A DNA stretch of 63,010 nucleotides, filler included. It is 6 parts of 6 records of this genome, joined end to end, with 100 filler letters (N's around TTAATTAATTAA, not from the genome) between each part and the next. Parts side by side here need not be neighbours in the genome. Positions count along the whole stretch, not along the records: positions 38,344 to 43,830 come from SRR31156797_21340; positions 43,931 to 55,171 come from SRR31156797_21351; 4 more parts are not named here. One strand, 5' to 3'. Numbering within the stretch: the stretch's first letter is position 1; each line of letters opens with the position of its first letter. Under the pieces are notes generated by a model that did no database searches, had not been told where the DNA came from, and was given only the letters and a program-made list of their open reading frames with translations. The translations under genes and the position numbers were made by a program. Positions 42,161-49,914 of the stretch are shown here, piece after piece.

Positions 42161-42928
42161 TTAGCCCCTTGTAAAAACAGGTACTCCTTCTCTTGATAGG
42201 CGCGGATTAAAAACATACCCTTCCGAATCAAAAGCTTGCAGATCCTCAACCTTTTCAATATCATTTTCAAGAATAAACCGAGTCATTAAACCACGTGCTT
42301 TTTTAGCAAAGAATGAAATCATTTTGTACTGGCCGTTTTTCATGTCCTTAAACTGAGGTGTTACAATCTTACAGTCCAACTTTTTTGTATCAATACTGTT
42401 GTAATACTCATTCGAAGCCAGATTCACTAAAATATTATTTCCCGATTCGAGTATTGCCTCTTTTATCTTAGGAGTGATCTTGTTTTTCCAGAATGCATAA
42501 AGATCATTGGAACGTTGGTATTTTAGTTTTGTTCCCATTTCCAACCTGTAGGGTTGCATAAGATCTAACGGTTTTAAAACACCATACAGTCCTGACAGGA
42601 TTCGCAGTTTATCTTGCAGTTTCAATAATTGATCCTCCGATAAACTAATCGCATCCAACCCCTGGAAAACATCGCCACTAAATGCCAAAACAGCTTGTTT
42701 TGCGTTTTCCGGCGTAAACGGTTGATGCCAGGTTTGAAAACGCTCATAATTTAATTGCCCCAAATTGGCAGAAATCCCCATTAAATCCGACAATTGATTA
42801 GGTTTCATTTTGCGCAATTTAGTCAAGAGCTTCTCCGACTCACCCAGCATTTCGGGAATGGTATAATGAGAAATATTTGCAAGTGTTTTGTAATCCAGTG
42901 ATTTTGCCGGTGATATAACTATTAACAT
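42161..42928 (-). CDS. yaaA: Peroxide stress protein YaaA (UPF0246)
   Basis: ISPAKSLD, LSGLYGVLKPLD..YRLEMG, NLASNEY, FAKKARG. Confidence 0.95.
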   Translation of the reverse strand: MLIVISPAKSLDYKTLANISHYTIPEMLGESEKLLTKLRKMKPNQLSDLMGISANLGQLNYERFQTWHQPFTPENAKQAVLAFSGDVFQGLDAISLSEDQLLKLQDKLRILSGLYGVLKPLDLMQPYRLEMGTKLKYQRSNDLYAFWKNKITPKIKEAILESGNNILVNLASNEYYNSIDTKKLDCKIVTPQFKDMKNGQYKMISFFAKKARGLMTRFILENDIEKVEDLQAFDSEGYVFNPRLSREGVPVFTRG

Positions 42929-43020
42929 GTTTTTAAGTTGAAATTGTTTTTAAAAGTAACAGAAAATGCCCCTTTCAGTTCAAAGTAAATTTATAGTAAG
43001 CCAGACCTTTATCTTTTTGT

Positions 43021-43830
43021 TTAAAAACTGAACGAAATTGAGGTTGCAGGACCTGTCAGGTAAGTTTTTATCAATAAATCTTCATTTTTAAATTTATCAC
43101 GATAATAAATATACCAACTATTCCACCCTATTTTTACAGCCACCAAATTACTTATACGATAATTTGCCCCCATTTGTATTTGATATGAAAGCTTATCATT
43201 TATCCAGAAACTTCCAATATCTCCCTGAAGGTTAAACTTCCAGTTTTTAAAAGCCAGTTCGTTTTTTAAGCCTGCAATTGGTTCTATCCACAATGGAGAT
43301 ATGTGCATGTAAGTTTTTATATCATGGTTTCCGGCTTTGATATAAAAACTATGCAGGCGCACACCGGTTAATGCATACAATTGGTATTTTCCATTACCCG
43401 ACCGAACAGGTCTTTCAAAAATATTATAGCCAAGTTTTAAATGCGCCAGATCGACATTTATACTTGCACTTACCAATTTATAATCGTTTGTTCTGAAAAG
43501 AAGCGACGATCCCAGTGAGCCGGTAAAGGCATCAATCTCACCGTAAAATCGTTCATCGTCATAAGTAATTCCGAATAACAAAAAGTAGTTCAAATCAAAT
43601 CGTGTTCGAAAAAGCCGTTTAAAGGCATCTCCAAATCCTGGTTTTTCAATAGGGTGTTCCGGATCGGGAATCACCCCATCTTCGCCCTCAATTCCTATTT
43701 CGCCATAAGCAAAGTCACCACGAAATCCTGGAATCCAGATTGGTAATTCTATCATCCATTTTCGTTCTTCATCCACATAACCTATCTTATATTTGGTTTT
43801 TACTGATAAAGTAGAATCTTGCGCAAACAG
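43021..43830 (-). CDS. Outer-membrane beta-barrel protein, hypothetical (5' truncated)
   Basis: Frame is open from the contig edge (LFAQDSTL..., end of a signal peptide); amphipathic strands; C-terminal Phe (SISFSF). Confidence 0.7.
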   Translation of the reverse strand: MFAQDSTLSVKTKYKIGYVDEERKWMIELPIWIPGFRGDFAYGEIGIEGEDGVIPDPEHPIEKPGFGDAFKRLFRTRFDLNYFLLFGITYDDERFYGEIDAFTGSLGSSLLFRTNDYKLVSASINVDLAHLKLGYNIFERPVRSGNGKYQLYALTGVRLHSFYIKAGNHDIKTYMHISPLWIEPIAGLKNELAFKNWKFNLQGDIGSFWINDKLSYQIQMGANYRISNLVAVKIGWNSWYIYYRDKFKNEDLLIKTYLTGPATSISFSF

Positions 43831-43930
43831 NNNNNNNNNNNNNNNNNNNNNNNNNNNNNNNNNNNNNNNNNNNNTTAATTAATTAANNNNNNNNNNNNNN
43901 NNNNNNNNNNNNNNNNNNNNNNNNNNNNNN
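43831..43930. other. Artificial contig spacer
   Basis: 44 N + TTAATTAATTAA + 44 N. Confidence 0.99.
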
Positions 43931-43962
43931 TTCTCTGGTCCCCGAAGGGCCGCCGGAGGCCT
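43931..43962. repeat. Probable end of a dispersed intergenic (REP/MITE-like) repeat
   Basis: GC-rich CCCGAAGGGCCGCCGGAGGC directly after the mtnP stop, at a contig break. Confidence 0.4.
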
Positions 43963-43965
43963 CTT

Positions 43966-44712
43966 CTAAATATTTTCGATAGTCTTAATCAGCATGGAGG
44001 TGACGTTCTCAGCATTGGCTTTAAAAATAGCAAGAATGTCATCCCATGTGACGGGGGCTTCATCGGTCTTCCAGCAGTCGTAGTCAGTGGACATGGCGAC
44101 TGCTGCATAGGGAATTCCGGCCTCGTTGGCGAGGATCGCTTCGGGCGCGGTGGACATGTTGATAATGTCTGCTCCCCAAGAGCGGAACATGTGGGATTCA
44201 GCGCGGGTGGAAAAACGCGGTCCTTCGATGGTTACGACTGTTCCCTTGTCGTGAACGGTAACACCGAGTTCCTTGCAGGCTGCGGTCATCTTGGTGCGCA
44301 GATCTGCGTCAAAAGGCTCAGCCATGGGGGTATGGGCCGGGGCATGCGGTTCAAAGCTTTCGAAAAATGTAAGCTCACGCTTGCGGGTGAAATCGATGAA
44401 CTGGTCAATGATGACCAAGTGGCCGCGATCGATTTCTTCACGCAATGAACCAACAGCAGTGGTGGCGAGAATGCAGTCACAGCCGAGATCCTTGAGAGCC
44501 TGAATGTTGGCACGATTGTTCACGTAGGTCGGAGGAATGGTGTGTTCACGTCCGTGACGGCCGATGATGTGTACTTTTTTCCCGGCAATGGTCCCGGACT
44601 TGATAGGCGAGCTGGGGGACCCCCATTTATTGGAAACTTCCGAATCCTTTGCGTCTTTCAGGATGTCGGGATTGTCTAGTCCACTGCCGCCGATGATTCC
44701 GATTATTGCCAT
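43966..44712 (-). CDS. mtnP: S-methyl-5'-thioadenosine phosphorylase
   Basis: IGIIGGSG, GRHG, TAVGSL, IEGPRFSTRAES, IINMS and STDYDCW. Confidence 0.93.
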   Translation of the reverse strand: MAIIGIIGGSGLDNPDILKDAKDSEVSNKWGSPSSPIKSGTIAGKKVHIIGRHGREHTIPPTYVNNRANIQALKDLGCDCILATTAVGSLREEIDRGHLVIIDQFIDFTRKRELTFFESFEPHAPAHTPMAEPFDADLRTKMTAACKELGVTVHDKGTVVTIEGPRFSTRAESHMFRSWGADIINMSTAPEAILANEAGIPYAAVAMSTDYDCWKTDEAPVTWDDILAIFKANAENVTSMLIKTIENI

Positions 44713-44745
44713 GATTGCTTTTCCTTGTTTGCAAAGGTGAAAAAG

Positions 44746-44787
44746 AAAAAGCTCCTGCCGTGATCAGTGATCTGCAACAGGAGCTTT
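44746..44787 (-). terminator. Terminator-like hairpin between apt and mtnP
   Basis: AAAGCTCCTG...CAGGAGCTTT with a U-run on the minus strand. Confidence 0.6.
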
Positions 44788-44800
44788 GATTTATCTTGAT

Positions 44801-45313
44801 TTAAAGCTGGATGAGGCTGGTGGTATCAATGCCGTTCAGCTTGCTTTTTCCGTCAAGGAAAGTCAGCTCGGCGATGAAACCCATGGCGGAAACATTTCCG
44901 CCTGCTTTTTCGACCAGCTTAACCATTCCTTCAGCAGTTCCGCCTGTAGCGAGAACATCATCGATGAGCAGGACATTTTCGTCTTTGGCTACTGCATCAA
45001 TGTGCATGCTCAGGTTGTCGGTGCCATATTCAAGGTCATAGCTTACGGAAATGGTCTCGTAAGGCAGTTTGCCGGGCTTGCGGATAGGCACGAAGCCGAT
45101 ATCAAGCTTGGTGGCCAGTGGTGCACCGAAGATGAAACCGCGGGCTTCTGCTGCGGCAATTTTATCTATTTTGTAATCAGCAAAACGTTCAGCCAGCTGA
45201 TCAATTGTATATTGAAATGCTTTAGGCGCAGCCAGAAGCGGGGTAATGTCAAAGTATACGATACCTTCTTTAGGAAAGTCGGGTATATCGCGGATATAAT
45301 CCCTCAGATTCAT
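44801..45313 (-). CDS. apt: Adenine phosphoribosyltransferase
   Basis: IPDFPKEGI, EARGF, RKPGKLP, YDLEYG, VLLIDDVLATGGT. Confidence 0.97.
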   Translation of the reverse strand: MNLRDYIRDIPDFPKEGIVYFDITPLLAAPKAFQYTIDQLAERFADYKIDKIAAAEARGFIFGAPLATKLDIGFVPIRKPGKLPYETISVSYDLEYGTDNLSMHIDAVAKDENVLLIDDVLATGGTAEGMVKLVEKAGGNVSAMGFIAELTFLDGKSKLNGIDTTSLIQL

Positions 45314-45401
45314 GAAGTCCCTCCATAGGATTTATTTAATGAAATTTGCTTAAATGCTTTTAGGGTTGTTGTCAAAGTGAAGAAATAGTCTCTGGAAACA
45401 G

Positions 45402-45436
45402 AAAAAGCTGGAACCGATTAACTTCGGCTCCAGCTT
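45402..45436 (-). terminator. Terminator after the FlxA-like gene
   Basis: AAGCTGGAACCGA/TCGGCTCCAGCTT with a U-run on the minus strand. Confidence 0.75.
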
Positions 45437-45460
45437 CAAAGTTTTGAAAGATGAGGTGGG

Positions 45461-45925
45461 TTATGTGAGGGAGTTGCTCATCCCGTTTGCACGGGTTCCA
45501 CCGGAAGAGCTTGTGCCTTCTGCTTTAGCTTTCTGGTCTTGCAGTTCTCCCAGCTGGCTTTGCAGCTGCATCAGCTCATTTTGTTTGGCTGCGATTTGAT
45601 CCTTGTTCTTTTCAGGGTCTTTTTGCAGCTTTTCAAGCTCTTTTTTGGTCTTTTCAATCTGTTCTTTGATGCGCTCGATTTGATCGTCAATTGGGCTGCT
45701 GCTTTCTGAGCTTTCTTCGGTTGCTTCAGCCCCGGATTTCATGGATGTCATGGCAGCAAGTTTGTCCTGTCCTGCTTGAGAAATGGAAACAGTGTCTTCG
45801 TCTGCGCTTTTGCCCATGGTCAGTCTGGTTGACTGGATTTCAGTTTCCTCTGCCTCAGTATTTTTGGCAGTTGACGTTGCGTATGTTTGTTGCGCGTCAC
45901 CGCCGATACGAAAGTCGAAGCTCAT
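45461..45925 (-). CDS. FlxA-like coiled-coil protein
   Basis: DTVSISQAG motif, Q/E/K-rich coiled coil, sigma-28 promoter upstream. Confidence 0.65.
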   Translation of the reverse strand: MSFDFRIGGDAQQTYATSTAKNTEAEETEIQSTRLTMGKSADEDTVSISQAGQDKLAAMTSMKSGAEATEESSESSSPIDDQIERIKEQIEKTKKELEKLQKDPEKNKDQIAAKQNELMQLQSQLGELQDQKAKAEGTSSSGGTRANGMSNSLT

Positions 45926-45969
45926 ATTTATATCCTCTTTTTTAGAGTTATATGCGTGATACGACTTAC

Positions 45970-45996
45970 ATATCGGCGGGCTTTTAGGTTTCTTTA
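45970..45996 (-). promoter_or_regulatory. Sigma-28 (FliA) promoter
   Basis: Minus strand reads TAAA-N15-GCCGATAT, matching the TAAA-N15-GCCGATAA consensus. Confidence 0.85.
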
Positions 45997-46018
45997 GGGT
46001 GTTTTGTTTATTTTTATT

Positions 46019-47329
46019 TTAATGCGGACAAGTGAGGAAGAATACAGCAGAAAGTGCGCAAAGAATCCACAAGCCCGGTGATACTTCAGATAGTTTTCCT
46101 GTAACGGCTTTCATCAGCGGATAGGCGATGAATCCGGCTGTCATGCCGATCCCCAGATTGTAGGTGAAGCTCATGAGGGTAATCACCAGAAAGGCCGGCA
46201 CAAGTTCGCTGATGTCGTCCAGTTCCAACTCCTTGCAGGGAGCGAGCATGAGCATGCCTACAACAATCAGGCTGGGGCCGTATGCACAGGCCGGGATCAT
46301 TGTCAGCAATGGAGCGAGGAACAGAGCGGCGAGGAAGAACAGAGCGGTGGTTACCGCAGTCAGGCCGGTACGTCCTCCTGCTTCAATTCCGGTCGCGGAT
46401 TCAACGAAAACTCCGGTGGTTGTGGTTCCCAGCAGTGACGCCAGAACGGTGGTTACCGCATCAACCATGAGTGGACGTTCGATCTGAGGCAGGTCTCCGT
46501 TTTTGTCCAGCAGCCCGGCCCGGTGGGATACAGCGTAAAGGGTTCCCATGGTGTCGAGGAAATCGAGGATGAATACGGTCAGGATTACTGAGATGAAGCC
46601 CCAGTTGAGTGCGCCCAGAATGTCAAGTTTGAAAAGGATCGGCTCAAGTGAAGGAGGAGTGCTGAATATCTTTTCCGGCATGGGAGCAACGCCTAAAAAC
46701 ATCGCCGCCGCAGAAGTGAGCAGAATACCGATGATCAGTGCTCCGTTGATCTTGCGGGCCATGAGGATCGCTGTCAGGAAAAAACAACCGATAGCCAGCA
46801 GGACGGGGGTGCTGCTCATATCGCCGAGATGAACCGGGGCACCCGGAATACCAACTGAAACGATCCCGGTGGTGTTTAAGCCGATAAAAGCCAGAAAAAG
46901 GCCGATTCCGGCTACGAAAGCATTTTTCAAGTTTTTGGGAATGGCCCGGATCAACCATGAGCGAATTCCGGTGACAGTGAAAAGGATAAAAAGTACACCG
47001 CCGAAAAAGATTGCGCCCAGTGCGGTTTGCCATGTATGGCCCATTACCTTGACTACGGTAAAGGCGATGAAAGCGTTTTCGCCCATATAGGGTGCTACTG
47101 CAAAGGGGCGCTTGGCATAAAATCCCATGGCCATGGTTCCGAATACTGCACTGATGATGGTGGCGACCATACTGGGGCCGAAAGGGATGCCAGCGGCTTC
47201 AAGGATTTTCGGGTTGACGATTATTATGTAAGCCATGGTGGCAAATGTAGTCATCCCGGCTATTATTTCCCGGCTGACAGTGGACCCGCTTTTGGTTATC
47301 TCAAAGTAGTTGTCCAGAAAAGAACTCAT
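46019..47329 (-). CDS. NCS2/AzgA-family purine permease
   Basis: EIIAGMTTFATMAYIIIVNP, APYMGENAF, DFLDTMGT, ESATGIEAGGRTGL; ATG 47329 after SD AGGAG. Confidence 0.94.
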   Translation of the reverse strand: MSSFLDNYFEITKSGSTVSREIIAGMTTFATMAYIIIVNPKILEAAGIPFGPSMVATIISAVFGTMAMGFYAKRPFAVAPYMGENAFIAFTVVKVMGHTWQTALGAIFFGGVLFILFTVTGIRSWLIRAIPKNLKNAFVAGIGLFLAFIGLNTTGIVSVGIPGAPVHLGDMSSTPVLLAIGCFFLTAILMARKINGALIIGILLTSAAAMFLGVAPMPEKIFSTPPSLEPILFKLDILGALNWGFISVILTVFILDFLDTMGTLYAVSHRAGLLDKNGDLPQIERPLMVDAVTTVLASLLGTTTTGVFVESATGIEAGGRTGLTAVTTALFFLAALFLAPLLTMIPACAYGPSLIVVGMLMLAPCKELELDDISELVPAFLVITLMSFTYNLGIGMTAGFIAYPLMKAVTGKLSEVSPGLWILCALSAVFFLTCPH

Positions 47330-47476
47330 GTGTATCTCCTGAGGTGGTCTTTGCATATCAGGTAAATATGCGGCAATAGCGTTACATATATAGATTTGAC
47401 GGGCAACCTTGATATTGCCTAGTTGCTTGCCGGGGAATTAGGGTTGATTTTTAATATATTTTAAAGTGGAGTTTTT

Positions 47477-48265
47477 GTGCAGACAAGACACAGAGCCAAG
47501 AAAAGCCTCGGGCAGAATTTTCTGCAAGATGCCAATATAGCACGTAAGATAGTAGATAGTCTCAAAATTTCAGAGGCTGATTCCATAATTGAAATCGGTC
47601 CAGGGCAAGGGGCTTTGACAAAATTTATTCTTGAAGCCGGACCGAAGAGCCTTACCCTGGTGGAGAAAGACCGCGATCTCGCTCCAGCATTGGAGGCAGA
47701 GTATCCTGAGGCCAATGTAAAGCTGGAGGATGCCCTGAAGTTTGATTGGGCTGGGCTTGATCCTGATAAGAATTGGAAGATTGTGGGCAACCTGCCTTAC
47801 AATGTAGCTTCCAAAATCATGTGGGATATTGCTGCGCAGAGCAATGCAACTTGTGTCTTCATGGTTCAGCATGAGGTTGCTCAGCGGGTAACTTCAGGGC
47901 CGGGTTCAAAAAAATATGGAGCGATCAGTGTCTGGATTCAGAGTTTCTGCCGGACAGATTATCTTTTTAAGGTTCCGCCGACTGTTTTTAAGCCGAAACC
48001 CAAGGTTGACTCCGCGGTGATAAAATTTTTTCCACTTCCCGAAGAAGAAAAACCCAGTGATATTGAGGGGCTTGCCAGACTGGTTAAATACTGTTTTCAG
48101 TTTAGGCGCAAGCAGTTAGGTAAGATACTGAAATCATTCATTTCTGATGAGGTTGTGCAGTGGGCTGAAAAGGAAGGACTTTCGCTCAAAGATCGCCCGG
48201 AAGCCTTGTCACCACTGCAATTTCAGAGTCTTTATAAATGTGTTAAAAACGATTTTCCCTCTTGA
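47477..48265 (+). CDS. rsmA: 16S rRNA adenine dimethyltransferase
   Basis: KKSLGQNFL, EIGPGQGALT, GNLPYN, PKVDS. Confidence 0.96.
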   Translation: MQTRHRAKKSLGQNFLQDANIARKIVDSLKISEADSIIEIGPGQGALTKFILEAGPKSLTLVEKDRDLAPALEAEYPEANVKLEDALKFDWAGLDPDKNWKIVGNLPYNVASKIMWDIAAQSNATCVFMVQHEVAQRVTSGPGSKKYGAISVWIQSFCRTDYLFKVPPTVFKPKPKVDSAVIKFFPLPEEEKPSDIEGLARLVKYCFQFRRKQLGKILKSFISDEVVQWAEKEGLSLKDRPEALSPLQFQSLYKCVKNDFPS

Positions 48266-48297
48266 CTTGTTGGCGAAAATTTTGTTTTAGATTTTCA

Positions 48298-48477
48298 TCA
48301 AGGTCGTTTGTTCAGGCAGTCCCGCTTTGTTTTTCAACGAAAATGCGGGGTAGGGGGCTTGTTTTAAACGGTTTTGAGTGTTAGCTAGACAAATTGTCGG
48401 GCGGGGATGTCCGGCAGTTTTTTATGAACCCAACTCTCGCCGCAGGGCGAGTTTAATGGCAGGCGCGATAACGTGCC
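48298..48477 (+). other. Highly structured leader or small RNA upstream of hup
   Basis: Four consecutive hairpins, the second followed by a U-run. Confidence 0.5.
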
Positions 48478-48513
48478 GCAATAATCATTTTCCGTTTCAA
48501 GGAGGAAGGACTG

Positions 48514-48786
48514 ATGACTAAGGCTGAACTCGTTGTTAAGATTGCTGAAAAAGCAGGAATGACCAAAGCTGATGCAGAACGTTGCCTGAATTACTTTCTG
48601 GATACAGTAGAAGAAACCCTCGTTAACGAAGGAAAGCTGACCCTTACAGGTTTCGGTACTTTTCAGGTTGACGAAAGAAAAGAGCGCGTAGGTCGCAACC
48701 CCCGCACCGGTGAAGAAATCAAAATTCCCGCTTGTAAGGTTGTAAAATTCCGCCCCGGTAAGCTTCTGAAAGACGCTGTAAAGTAG
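48514..48786 (+). CDS. hup: DNA-binding protein HU
   Basis: [34 protein letters not shown]. Confidence 0.97.
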   Translation: MTKAELVVKIAEKAGMTKADAERCLNYFLDTVEETLVNEGKLTLTGFGTFQVDERKERVGRNPRTGEEIKIPACKVVKFRPGKLLKDAVK

Positions 48787-48803
48787 TTTAAGGAGATTTA
48801 ATT

Positions 48804-48980
48804 ATGTTGCATGGTGAAACCGTTCAGAGTCCTCTTCCTATGGATCTTCCCTGGTGGATGCCTGATCACTTTATTTTCTTCGGCGTCCTCTACATTGTGA
48901 TCGGTATTCTTGGTGCCGGAATGGCCTACTGTGCTGTTAAAGCATGGATGGATTCCAAAAAGGACACCGCCGCTCACTAG
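48804..48980 (+). CDS. 58-aa single-pass membrane protein, hypothetical (absent from ORF track)
   Basis: MLHGETVQSPLPMDLPWWMPDHFIFFGVLYIVIGILGAGMAYCAVKAWMDSKKDTAAH*; SD AAGGAG; lies between the hup stop and its terminator. Confidence 0.82.
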   Translation: MLHGETVQSPLPMDLPWWMPDHFIFFGVLYIVIGILGAGMAYCAVKAWMDSKKDTAAH

Positions 48981-49003
48981 TATCACTTTCAAGTGAATTT
49001 TTT

Positions 49004-49043
49004 TGTTCAGCATCTGCGAATGCGGATGCTGAACATTTTTTTT
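49004..49043 (+). terminator. Terminator of the hup/small-ORF unit
   Basis: TGTTCAGCATCTGC-GAAT-GCGGATGCTGAACA followed by T8. Confidence 0.9.
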
Positions 49044-49136
49044 GGGATTGCCCTTGACTCCATGCAATAATTAAAGTTAATAAAAATCTCTTCCGCACAT
49101 TTTTATGTGCGAGATTAATTCAGGGGGGTGATTTGA

Positions 49137-49337
49137 TTGCCCGGTGTATATCTCGAAGATTCTGATAACTTTGAAATAGCTCTTCGCCGCTTTAAAAAGC
49201 AGGTTGAAAAAGCTGGAGTTCTTTCCGAACTCAAGAAGCGTCAGCACTATGAAAAGCCCAGCGTACAGCGCAAGAAGAAAAAAGCTGCTGCCCGCAAAAG
49301 GCTCATCAAAAAAATGCGTAAAATGTCAATGGGTTAG
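49137..49337 (+). CDS. rpsU: 30S ribosomal protein S21
   Basis: ALRRFKK and HYEKPS; TTG start after GGGGGTGA. Confidence 0.96.
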   Translation: MPGVYLEDSDNFEIALRRFKKQVEKAGVLSELKKRQHYEKPSVQRKKKKAAARKRLIKKMRKMSMG

Positions 49338-49340
49338 TAT

Positions 49341-49787
49341 ATGAGTCTCATTGAGCAGATTGATAAAGACTACATTGCGGCCTATAAGGCCAAGGATGAT
49401 GTAAAGAAGACAGTTTTGAGGCATCTCAAGACTGCCATCAAGAATCGCATTGTTGAAGTGAAAGGGGATACTCTTTCCGACGACGACGTACTTGATCTTG
49501 TTGCAAAGCAGATCAAGCAGCGCAAGGATTCCATTGAGCAGTATAATGCTGCCGGACGTCCCGAGCTGGCCGAAATTGAGGCTGTTGAAGTCGAAGCCCT
49601 GTCCGGCTACATGCCGGAGCAGCTTTCTGAAGAGGAAGTTGCGGCTGCTATTGATAAGGTGATTGCCGATCTCGGCGCATCGTCTATGCAGGATATGGGT
49701 AAAGTGATGAAAGCCATCACTGAAGCCTATAAAGGACAGGTTGACGGAAAGGTCGTCAGTGGCCTCGTTCGCGCCCGTCTCTCCTGA
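49341..49787 (+). CDS. GatB/YqeY domain protein
   Basis: KQRKDSIEQY..AGR.ELAE, YMPEQLS, DMGKVM. Confidence 0.94.
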   Translation: MSLIEQIDKDYIAAYKAKDDVKKTVLRHLKTAIKNRIVEVKGDTLSDDDVLDLVAKQIKQRKDSIEQYNAAGRPELAEIEAVEVEALSGYMPEQLSEEEVAAAIDKVIADLGASSMQDMGKVMKAITEAYKGQVDGKVVSGLVRARLS

Positions 49788-49808
49788 CATCAGCTTAAGC
49801 TGAATTTT

Positions 49809-49852
49809 AACGGCAGGCCCCGGAGTTTCTCCGGGGCTGTTTGCCGTTTTTT
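49809..49852 (+). terminator. Terminator after yqeY
   Basis: AACGGCAGGCCCCGGAG/CTCCGGGGCTGTTTGCCGTT plus T-run. Confidence 0.8.
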
Positions 49853-49914
49853 CTGTATTGGTGTCCCGGTTCATGCGGGATGCGTGATCTAACACTTTTC
49901 TACATTGGAATCCC

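Noticed and set aside
47330-47476. Purine riboswitch upstream of the NCS2 permease
   Set aside because: No recognisable purine-riboswitch core; the short region is shared with the divergent rsmA promoter.
48798-49067. 89-aa minus-strand ORF from the track
   Set aside because: It is antisense to the better-supported 58-aa ORF and runs through a terminator.
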